Below are positions 18,300 through 29,000 of a stretch of DNA of 64,000 nucleotides, in pieces (positions within the stretch are counted from its first letter, which is position 1; every line of letters starts with the position of its first letter). The stretch is from Anabaena sp. FACHB-1237 (GTDB lineage: Bacteria > Cyanobacteriota > Cyanobacteriia > Cyanobacteriales > Nostocaceae), in NCBI RefSeq assembly GCF_014696225.1, contig NZ_JACJPV010000013.1:1-64000 (forward strand). Direction: 5' to 3'. The notes beneath the pieces were generated by a model, which was not told the origin of the DNA, did not search any database, and saw only the letters and a list, made by a program, of their open reading frames with translations. The position numbers were made by a program, and so were the translations under genes.

Positions 18300-21200
18300 A
18301 TGCCATTACAAAACCCTGATTATTTAATAAATGATAGCGATATAGCCATTATTTCCCTCGCTGGCAGATTTCCTGGGGCAAAAGATATTGATGCTTTTTG
18401 GGAAAATATGAAAAATGGTGTAGAGTCAATTTCCTATTTTACCGATGATGAACTATTAGCAGAAGGTATTAACCCCAAATTATTAAAAAGTGATAATTAT
18501 GTTAAAAGTTCCGGTGTTTTAGAAAATATTGATTTATTTGATGCCGAATTTTTCGATTTTAGTCCTAGAGAAGCAGAAATTTTAGACCCTCAACAAAGAT
18601 TATTTTTAGAATGTGCTTGGGAAGCTATAGAAAAAGCAGGTTATAACCCCGAAATTTACCCTGGGTTAATAGGAATATATGCGGGAATTGGTATTAATAG
18701 TTATTTATTAAACAACCTCATTTATCATCGAGAATTGTTAGAGTCTGTTGGTGAATATCAAGTTATTTTAGATAGTGATAAAGACTTTTTACCTACTCGT
18801 GTTGCTTATAAATTAAATCTTAAAGGACCTGCGGTAAATATTCAAACTGCTTGTTCTACTTCTTTAGTTGCGGTACATTTAGCTTGTCAAAGTTTGTTAA
18901 GTGGTGAATGCGATATGGCCTTAGCTGGTGGGGTAACATTGCGTGTTCCTCACAAAAATGGTTATTTATATCAAGAGGGGATGATATTATCTCCTGATGG
19001 TCATTGTCGCACTTTTGATGCTGAAGCTAAAGGTACGGTGGGAAGTAATGGTTTAGGAATTGTACTATTAAAAAGATTAGGTGATGCGATCGCCCAAAAT
19101 GATCAAATTCATGCCATAATTAAAGGTTCAGCTATTAATAATGATGGTGCTGTCAAAGTTGGATACACTGCCCCTAGTATAACAGGTCAAGCCGCAGTTA
19201 TTACTGATGCTTTAGCGATCGCAGATATTGAACCAGAAACTATCACTTATATTGAAGCCCATGGTACAGCTACAGAATTAGGTGATCCTATCGAAATTAC
19301 CGCCTTAAATCAAGTATTTAAACCCAAAACTTCAGCTAGAAATTTTTGCGCCATTGGTTCTTTAAAAAGTAATATTGGCCACACGGATACTGCTGCTGGA
19401 GTGGGAGGTTTAATCAAAACAACCTTAGCTTTAAAACATCAATTAATACCTCCTAGTTTACACTTTAAAAATCCTAATCCTAAAATTGATTTTGACAACT
19501 CACCTTTTTATGTCAATACTCAATTAACACCCTGGGAAACTATTAATCATACCCCCTTACGTGCCGGAGTGAGTTCCTTTGGAATTGGTGGTACAAATGC
19601 CCATGCAATTTTAGAACAAGCCCCCCAAATTGCACCTATAGAAACAGCAAAAATTGCCCATATTTTAGTAATTTCTGCTAAAAATGAAACTGCTTTAAAT
19701 CAAGCAACAGAAAATTTAGCAAATCATTTAAAAACACATTCTCATGACAATTTAGCAGATATCGCCCATACATTAAGTTGTGGTAGAAAAGCCTTTAATC
19801 ATCGGCGGATGTTAGTATGTGAAAACATCAATCAAGCTGTAGAAATATTAAGTAATCATGATTCATCATCATTAATTACTAATAACATAGAAGTGCAAGA
19901 ACGTCCTGTAATTTTCATGTTTTCTGGCCAAGGTTCACAATATATCAACATGGGTAGAGAACTATATGAAACAGAAACAGTATTTCAACAAACCATAGAT
20001 TTATGTTGTGAAATCTTGCAACCATATCTAAAATTAGACTTACGAGAAATCATTTATCCTCAACCAGAAAACATTAAACAAGCAGAAGAAAAATTAACCC
20101 AAACAGCAATTTCTCAACCTGCCATATTTACTATTGAATACGCATTAACTCAACTGTGGAAATCTTGGGGAATATCACCAAAAGCCATAATAGGTCATAG
20201 TATAGGAGAATATGTAGCAGCTTGTATTGCAGAAGTATTTTCTTTAGAAGATGCCTTATATTTGGTAGCAAATAGAGGAAAAATGATGCAACAACTTCCT
20301 ACTGGGGCAATGTTATCTGTACCATTATCTCCCCAGGAAATTCAACCATTTTTAACATCAGAAATTGACATAGCAGTAATTAATGAACCTTCCCGTTGTG
20401 TAGTGTCAGGAACAATAACAGATATCGAAAAATTGGAGGAATTACTAACAATTAAAAATATCGAATCTCGACGTTTACATACTTCCCACGCTTTTCATTC
20501 ACAAATGATGGCAGGAATTGTTAAACAATTTACAGAGATATTTAGAAAAGTATCTTTGAATAGTCCCCAAATTCCTTACATCTCTAATTTAACAGGAACT
20601 TGGATTACTCCACAACAAGCTACAAACCCTGAATATTGGGCGCAACATTTACGCCAAACAGTGCGTTTTTCTCAAGGTTTAGAAACTTTATTTAATGAAT
20701 CACAATTTACAGAATCAATCTTTTTAGAAGTAGGACCAGGAAGAGTTTTAACCTCCTTTGCTAAAAAACATCCGCAAAAATCACCATCACAATTAATTTT
20801 CACATCCTTACCTCATCCTCAAGAAATCATTTCAGATAGTGCATTTTTATTGAATACTTTGGGTAATTTATGGTTAACAGGTATAGAAATTGATTGGAGT
20901 CAGGTTTATTCTCCAGAAGAACATTATAAAGTTACCTTACCTACCTATCCCTTCCAACGTCAAAGTTATTGGATTTCTGCACCAGAAAATAGAAATTTAC
21001 CTACTACAAATTCAGAGATCTTAGTGAAAAAATCTAATATTGCTGATTGGTTTTATGTTCCTTCTTGGCAACGTTTACCTTTATTACCATCACAAACAAC
21101 CGTTAATCAGATTTTATTGTTTATAGATGATGTGGGAATAGGAGAAGAATTAGCTAAACAATATCCCCAAGCAATTACCGTTAAAATCGGAGAATCTTTT

Positions 21201-22937
21201 AAACAAGAAAGTGCAGGAAAATATACCATTAATCCTGAAAATTCAGAAGATTATGTTTCCTTAATTCAAGAATTGCAAAGTTTAAATTTCACTCCTGAAA
21301 AAGTTGTCCATTTATGGAATTTAACAGATGAAAAACCCAATCAAAAATTAGATGAAGAATTAGATATTGATATCATCCAAAAATCCCAAAGTAGAGGATT
21401 TTATAGTTTACTATTTTACGTGAAAGCGTGCAGTCAACAAGTATTTATTCATGAATGTGAAATTACCGTCATAGCTAACCATATTCAAGATGTCACTGGG
21501 GACGAAAATTTACATCCTGAAAAATCTACAATTTTAGGAACTATTCCCACTATTCCCCAAGAATATCCTTATTTTACTTGTCGCGCTGTTGATATTATTG
21601 TTAGTAACAATAAAAATCAAATAATTAATCAATTAGTGACAGAAATTAATACCAAAACCACAGATAAAAATATTGCTTATCGTGGTAAAAATCGCTGGGT
21701 ACAAACTTTTGAAAAATTCCCCATTCCTTTACATTCAAAAAATACTAATTTGAGGGAAAATGGTATTTATCTAATTACTGGAGGTTTAAGTTATGTAGGA
21801 TTTAGTTTAGCCAAATATTTAGCCAAAACTGTGCAAGCAAAATTGATTTTAACAGGACGTTCTCAATTACCAGCGCGAAAAGATTGGACTAAACATCTTA
21901 AAAATCATGCAGAAGAAGATAGTATTAGTCAACAAATTCTCAAAGTTCAAGAATTAGAAGAACTAGGTGCAGAAGTCATAGTTATTAGTGCCGATGTTGC
22001 TGATTTTGCACAAATGAAAACAGCAATCAATAAAGCTGAGAAAAAATTTGGTAATATTAATGGTGTGATTCATGCTGCTGGTGCTGGGGCAATTTGGGGA
22101 CAGTCAATAAATGTAATTGAAAATATCACAAAAACTGAATGTGAAAATCAATTTACAGCTAAAGTTTACGGCACATTAGTGTTAGGTAAAATCCTGAAAA
22201 ATAAAGAATTAGATTTTTGTATGTTGACATCTTCCCTATCTGCCATATTAGGAGGATTAGGATTTGTAGCTTATGCTGCGGTAAATACTTTTATGGATGT
22301 ATTCGTGCAAGCATATAATAAAAATCATGATTATCCTTGGATAAGTATTGATTGGGATGGTTGGCAAAGCAATAAACAAGTAACAGTAAATAATCAAACT
22401 TTTGGAGAGGAAATCTCAGATTTAGAAATTACATCAGAGGAAGGAGTTACAGCATTTAGTCATTTATTATTGGCTAAAGAATGCAGTCAAATAGTAGTAT
22501 CCACTGTAGATTTAGAATCAAGAATTAATTTATGGGTTAAACGTGGGTTAACAAAAAACCAAGATTCTGTTAATCAGAAAAAATTAACAAAATCAACCAA
22601 TAAATTAACTAATTATGTAGCACCAAGAAATGACACAGAAGCGAAAATTGCTAGTATATTTGAGTTGCTTTTAGGTGTGACTGATGTTAGTATTCATGAT
22701 AGTTTTTTAGAAATAGGAGGAGATTCATTAACTGGAACACAGTTATTATCTAAACTTAAACAAACCTTTGCGGTTAATTTACCAATTAACACTATTTTTG
22801 AATCACCAACTATTGCGGAATTAGCCAAAGTAGTTGACAATACACAGGAAATAGTGCAAGATGATATGGATAAAATTAGTGATATGTTGGATATGTTAGA
22901 TGAACTTTCAGAGCAGGAAATTAAATCATTGCTGTAA
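18300..22937 (+). CDS. Type I PKS module: KS-AT-KR-ACP (malonyl-specific AT), with a C-terminal docking-like acidic tail
   Basis: KS at ~18315..19610: DIAIISLAGRFPG, active Cys TACSTSLVA, His motifs EAHGTATELGDP and NIGHTDTAAG. AT at ~19900..20790: FSGQGSQY, GHSIGEYVAA, HAFHS indicating malonyl. KR at ~21750..22340: Rossmann GIYLITGGLSYVGFSLAKYL. ACP at ~22635..22850: LEIGGDSLTGTQLL. No DH/ER/MT. Confidence 0.9.
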   Translation: MPLQNPDYLINDSDIAIISLAGRFPGAKDIDAFWENMKNGVESISYFTDDELLAEGINPKLLKSDNYVKSSGVLENIDLFDAEFFDFSPREAEILDPQQRLFLECAWEAIEKAGYNPEIYPGLIGIYAGIGINSYLLNNLIYHRELLESVGEYQVILDSDKDFLPTRVAYKLNLKGPAVNIQTACSTSLVAVHLACQSLLSGECDMALAGGVTLRVPHKNGYLYQEGMILSPDGHCRTFDAEAKGTVGSNGLGIVLLKRLGDAIAQNDQIHAIIKGSAINNDGAVKVGYTAPSITGQAAVITDALAIADIEPETITYIEAHGTATELGDPIEITALNQVFKPKTSARNFCAIGSLKSNIGHTDTAAGVGGLIKTTLALKHQLIPPSLHFKNPNPKIDFDNSPFYVNTQLTPWETINHTPLRAGVSSFGIGGTNAHAILEQAPQIAPIETAKIAHILVISAKNETALNQATENLANHLKTHSHDNLADIAHTLSCGRKAFNHRRMLVCENINQAVEILSNHDSSSLITNNIEVQERPVIFMFSGQGSQYINMGRELYETETVFQQTIDLCCEILQPYLKLDLREIIYPQPENIKQAEEKLTQTAISQPAIFTIEYALTQLWKSWGISPKAIIGHSIGEYVAACIAEVFSLEDALYLVANRGKMMQQLPTGAMLSVPLSPQEIQPFLTSEIDIAVINEPSRCVVSGTITDIEKLEELLTIKNIESRRLHTSHAFHSQMMAGIVKQFTEIFRKVSLNSPQIPYISNLTGTWITPQQATNPEYWAQHLRQTVRFSQGLETLFNESQFTESIFLEVGPGRVLTSFAKKHPQKSPSQLIFTSLPHPQEIISDSAFLLNTLGNLWLTGIEIDWSQVYSPEEHYKVTLPTYPFQRQSYWISAPENRNLPTTNSEILVKKSNIADWFYVPSWQRLPLLPSQTTVNQILLFIDDVGIGEELAKQYPQAITVKIGESFKQESAGKYTINPENSEDYVSLIQELQSLNFTPEKVVHLWNLTDEKPNQKLDEELDIDIIQKSQSRGFYSLLFYVKACSQQVFIHECEITVIANHIQDVTGDENLHPEKSTILGTIPTIPQEYPYFTCRAVDIIVSNNKNQIINQLVTEINTKTTDKNIAYRGKNRWVQTFEKFPIPLHSKNTNLRENGIYLITGGLSYVGFSLAKYLAKTVQAKLILTGRSQLPARKDWTKHLKNHAEEDSISQQILKVQELEELGAEVIVISADVADFAQMKTAINKAEKKFGNINGVIHAAGAGAIWGQSINVIENITKTECENQFTAKVYGTLVLGKILKNKELDFCMLTSSLSAILGGLGFVAYAAVNTFMDVFVQAYNKNHDYPWISIDWDGWQSNKQVTVNNQTFGEEISDLEITSEEGVTAFSHLLLAKECSQIVVSTVDLESRINLWVKRGLTKNQDSVNQKKLTKSTNKLTNYVAPRNDTEAKIASIFELLLGVTDVSIHDSFLEIGGDSLTGTQLLSKLKQTFAVNLPINTIFESPTIAELAKVVDNTQEIVQDDMDKISDMLDMLDELSEQEIKSLL

Positions 22938-23000
22938 ATAAATGTTTCTTATAAATCTATCTATAAAAATCTATAAAAATTTACTTAATAACAAACTGCC

Positions 23001-26000
23001 ATGAAATCACAAAAAGAACAAGAACAAATAGCCCAAAAATTAGCCAGTCTCACACAACAAAAACGCAAAGTATTAATTAAACTATTGCAAAAAGAAGGCA
23101 TAAATCCCGCTAAATTACCCATAATTGCCAATAGAAAATCAGCACAAATTCCTCTATCTTGGGGACAGGAAAGACTATGGTTTTTAGACCAATTTGAAGA
23201 AAATAGCACTACATATAATTTATTATTAGGAGTAACAATTACTGGAAAATTAGACATTAATTATTTACAAAAATCATTAAATACTATTATTGAACGTCAT
23301 GAAGTATTAAGAACTAACTTTCAAGAAATTGATGGTCATGCAGTACAAATAATTACAGCAGAAAAAACCTGGCCATTGATAGTAGAAAATTGTCAAGAAT
23401 CAGAAATTAATAAATATATTCATCAAGAACAACAAAAACCCTTTAATTTAGCTACAGATACCTTAGTTAGAGGCAATTTATTAAAAATATCTGAGAATAA
23501 ATTTATATTATTAATCACTAGACATCATATAGTTTGGGATGGATGGTCAACTGGTATATTTTTACAAGAACTATCTACTATTTATCAATCTTATATTCAA
23601 GGTAAAAATCCTGATTTAACACCTTTAACTATTCAATATGCAGATTTTTCTCAATGGCAAAGAGAATGGTTAACAGAAGAAATATTAGGAGAACAAATTA
23701 AATATTGGCAAGAAAATTTAAAAAATGCCCCATCATTATTACAATTACCCACAGATAAACCTAGACCATCTATAATGACTTTTAATGGCAAAAGTCAACA
23801 ATTAATTATTAATCAAGAAATAACTGAAAAATTACAATTATTAAGTAGGGAAACAGGAACAACCCTATTTATGACATTATTGGCAGTATTTTCTACCTTA
23901 TTATATCGCTACAGTCATCAAGAAGATATCTTAATAGGTTCACCAATTGCTAACCGTAACCGTGCGGAAATAGAACCATTAATCGGATTTTTTGTAAATA
24001 GCTTAGTATTAAGAACATCATTTACAGAAAATCTTAGCTTTGCAGAATTATTACAACAAATTAAACAAACTACTTTATCAGCTTATGAACATCAAGATGT
24101 TCCCTTTGAACAAATAGTAGATGCGGTAAAAGTAGAACGTTCTTTAAGTCATTCTCCCTTATTTCAGGTAATGTTTGTTTTACAAAATACACCTAGTGAG
24201 ACAACAGAATTACCTGATGTAACTTTGACACCATTAACATTAGAAAAGGAAACTACCAATTTTGATTTAACCTTAGATATAGAACCCAGTGAACAAGGTT
24301 TAGTGGCAAATTGGGAATATAACAGTGATTTATTTGAAGATGCCACAATTACAAGAATGTTAGGACATTTTGAGAATGTTTTAACATCAGTTTTAGCAAA
24401 TCCTCAACAACAAATTAATCAGATAAATTTATTAACAGTAGCAGAAAGAAATCAGTTATTGTTTGAGTGGAATAATACAAAAGTTGCATATCGCCAAGAT
24501 AAATGTATTCATCAATTGTTTGAAGAACAGGTAATTAAAACTCCTGATGCTGTTGCAGTAGTATTTGAAAATCAACAATTAACTTATCAAGAATTAAATC
24601 AAAAAGCCAATCAATTAGCCCATTATTTGCAAAACTTAGGAGTAAAACCAGAGACATTAGTGGCGATATGTGTAGAACGTTCTTTAGAGATGGTAATAGG
24701 ATTATTAGGAATATTAAAAGCTGGAGGAGCGTATGTACCAATAGATCCTAATTATCCATCTGACAGAATAGCATATATGTTATCAGATGCAGCAATGCCA
24801 ATATTGCTAACTCAAGAATTATTATTAACAACCTTACCAAAAAATCAAGCACAAATAATCTGTTTAGATAGTCACTGGGAGAAAATAGCGACCCAAAAAG
24901 ACGAAAATTTGACTACTGTTTCAGTAAAATTTGATAACTTAGCCTATGTAATTTATACATCAGGATCTACGGGAAAACCCAAAGGTGCAATGAATACTCA
25001 TGGTGGTATCAGTAATCGGTTGCTATGGATGCAAGATGCTTATAAATTAACAGCAAGCGATCGCATTTTACAAAAAACTCCCTTTAGTTTTGATGTTTCC
25101 GTGTGGGAATTTTTCTGGCCGTTATTATTCGGTGCAACCTTAGTAGTAGCACAACCAGAAGGGCATAAAGACAGTGCTTATCTAGTAAATTTAATTAAGC
25201 AAGCAGAAATTACTACCTTGCATTTTGTACCATCTATGCTACAGGTATTCTTGCAAGAATCAGGAGTAGAAACTTGTAAAAGCATTAAACGGGTAATTTG
25301 CAGTGGAGAAGCATTACCTTATGAACTTCAAGAACGGTTTTTTACCAAATTAAACCAATTAAATTGTGAATTACATAATCTTTACGGACCCACAGAAGCA
25401 GCTATTGATGTTACTTTTTGGCAATGTCAACCCCAACTACCACAAAAAATAGTTCCCATTGGTAAACCCATAGCTAACACTCAACTATACATTTTAGATC
25501 GCTATTTTCAACCTGTACCAGTAGGTGTACCAGGAGAGTTATATATAGGTGGTGTAGGAGTGTGTCGTGGCTATCTTAACCGGACAGAATTGACAAATGA
25601 AAAATTTATCTCTAATTTATTTGGTACTGGCAAATTATATAAAACTGGTGATTTAACTCGTTATCTAGCAGATGGTAACATTGAATACCTCGGACGCATT
25701 GATAACCAAGTGAAGCTAAGAGGTTTCCGTATTGAATTAGGAGAAATTGAATCAGCTTTAGACAGTTATCCCGGCATACAACAAACAGTAGTGATAGTTC
25801 GGCAAGATATACCTGGAAATCAGCGTTTAGTAGCTTATTTAGCTACAGAAGATAAATCTTTAAACATTGAGAAATTAAAAGATTCTCTCAAAAAACAATT
25901 GCCAGAGTTTATGATTCCCTCTGCTTTTATCATATTAGAAAATCTGCCATTAAGTCCCAATGGGAAAGTAGACAGAAAAGCCTTACCAGCACCAGATTTA

Positions 26001-29000
26001 GATTTAAGTAAAAGTAAAGAATTTGTGCCTCCACAAACACCTAATCAAGAAATTATAGCTGATATTTTCAGGACAGTTTTAAATTTAAAATCAGTGGGAA
26101 TATATGATAGTTTCTTTGACTTAGGAGGACATTCTTTACTAGCAACTCAAGTTATATCTCGGTTACGAAAAGTGTTTTCTGTAGAGATAAGTTTAAAAGA
26201 ATTATTTGCTTATGCTACCATATCTGAGTTGAGCGATCGCATTACTTCAATAAAACAATTAGCAACAAGTTTACAAAATAGTATTAAGACTATTGCTCCG
26301 GTTTCTAGAAATGGTAATTTAACCCTATCTTTTGCCCAAGAAAGACTATGGTTTTTAGATCAGTTAGAAGGTGCAAGTTCCACCTATAACATCCCAGGAA
26401 TCTTAAAAATTACTGGCAACTTACAAATCAATATCTTAGAAAAATCTTTACAGGAAATTGTCAATCGTCATGAAGTATTAAGAACCAATTTTCAAGCCAT
26501 TAATGGACAACCTGCACAAGTAATTAATTCTGAAAATACCTGGCAATTAAAAATAGAAGATTGGACAAATATTAACCTAGCAGAAATTAAAAAAGCGATT
26601 CAAAAAGAAATAGAAACACCTTTTAATTTAGCAACAGATAATTTATTAAGAGTTATTACTGCCCAAATAAACAAAGATGAATTTCTGCTAATAGTCACCA
26701 TGCACCATATTATCTCAGATGGTTGGTCATTAGGAATATTTATTCAAGAATTATCTACTCTTTATCAAAATTATTTACAAGGAAAATCTTCACCATTACC
26801 AAATTTAACCATTCAATATGCTGATTTTGCCACTTGGCAAAAACAATGGTTAACAGGAGAAACATTAGATCAGGAAATCAAATATTGGCAAGAACAATTA
26901 ACAGCAGCACCATCATTATTACAACTACCCACAGATAAACCTAGACCATCAATAATGACTTTTAATGGTAAAAGTCACAACTTAAAAATTAATCCAGAAA
27001 TTACCAAAAAACTGGAAAATTTAAGCAAAAAAACAGGCACAACATTATTTATGACATTATTGGCGATATTTGCCACATTATTATATCGCTATAGTCATCA
27101 AGAAGATATTTTAATAGGTTCACCAATAGCGAATAGAAATAGGTCAGAAATAGAACCATTAATAGGATGTTTTGTAAACACATTAGTATTAAGAACAAAA
27201 TTCACAGAAAATATCAATTTTAGAGAATTACTCAATCAAGTCAAAGAAACAACTTTAGAGGCTTATGATCATCAAGATGTACCCTTTGAACAAATAGTAG
27301 AAGCCATTAAACCAGAACGTTCTTTAAGTCACTCACCATTATTTCAAGTATTATTTGTTTTACAAAATGCACCAATGGAAAAACTAGAATTACCAGGTGT
27401 AAATATTGAGATATTACCATCACATACATCAACAGCCAAATTCGATTTAACTCTATCAATGATGGAACAAGATCAAGAATTAAGCTGTACATGGGATTAT
27501 AACAGTGATTTATTTGATGAAAAGACAATAACAACTATGTCTAATCATTTTCAGAAATTAATCACAGAAATAATTGTCAACTCAGAACAAAAAATCAATC
27601 AGATTAAAATATTAGCAGAAGCAGAAGAAAAGCAACTAATAGAAGAATATAATAATACAAAAATTAAATATCCTCACCAAAAATGTGTTCATCAATTATT
27701 TACAGAACAAGCAGAAAAAACGCCAGATGCAATAGCTATAAAATTTGCAAACCAGCAATTGACGTATCAAGAATTAAATCAAAAAGCCAATCAATTAGCT
27801 AATTATTTACAAAAATTAGGAGTCAAACCAGAAACCTTAGTGGGAATATGTATAGAACGTTCCCTAGAAATGGTCATAGCATTATTAGGGATATTAAAAG
27901 CTGGGGGAGCTTATGTACCCATAGATCCCAATTATCCCACAGAAAGAATAGCCTATATGCTATCAGATAGTAATGCCGAATTATTATTAACACAATCATC
28001 ATTACTAGCAGATTTTACAGAATATCAAAAAACCATAGTTTGTTTAGATCAAGATTGGGAAAAAATTAACCAAGAAAGTACAGAAAACATCATTAGTCAA
28101 GTTAAACCAGACAATTTAGCTTATGTAATTTATACTTCAGGTTCAACAGGAAAACCCAAAGGAGTACAAATACAACATCAAGGGCTAGTGAACTTTTTAA
28201 ATACCATGAAAAAACAACCTGGTATTAAGAGAAAAGATGTATTTAATGCCGTTACTACCATCTGTTTTGATATAGCAGGTTTGGAATTATATTTACCATT
28301 AATAGTTGGGGCAAAAGTAGTAATTACCTCCAGAGAAATAGCTACCGATGGCATGAGATTATTACAACATATTCAAGATGAAAAAATTACCATCATGCAA
28401 GCTACCCCAGCAACATGGCAAATGTTAATTACAGCAGGATTAAATAAAGAAACACTCCAGAAAAACAAAATCAATAAAAATAAAATTAAAATGTTATGTG
28501 GTGGAGAAGCATTAACCACACAATTATCTAATCAATTATTAGAAACAGGTGGAGAATTATGGAACTTATATGGACCTACAGAAACCACAATTTGGTCAAT
28601 GGTAAAGCAAGTTGAAAAAACAGATGATGTAGCGGTAATATCCATAGGAAAACCCATAGCAAACACTCAAATTTATATATTAGATAGTTATTTAAACCCC
28701 GTACCCATAGGAGTAGGAGGAGAATTACACATAGGAGGAGATGGGTTAGCCAGAGGTTACTTAAATCGTCCAGAATTAACAGCAGAAAAATTTATTGAAA
28801 GTCCATTTTCTGCCAATCAAAAAATATATAAAACAGGAGACTTAGCGAGATATTTACCAGATGGTAACATAGAATATTTAGGCAGAATAGATCATCAAGT
28901 AAAAATACGCGGGTTCAGAATAGAACTAGGAGAAATAGAAGCAGTAATTAATGATTATCTCCAGATAAATCAGTCAGTAGTAATTGCTAAAGCTGATAAA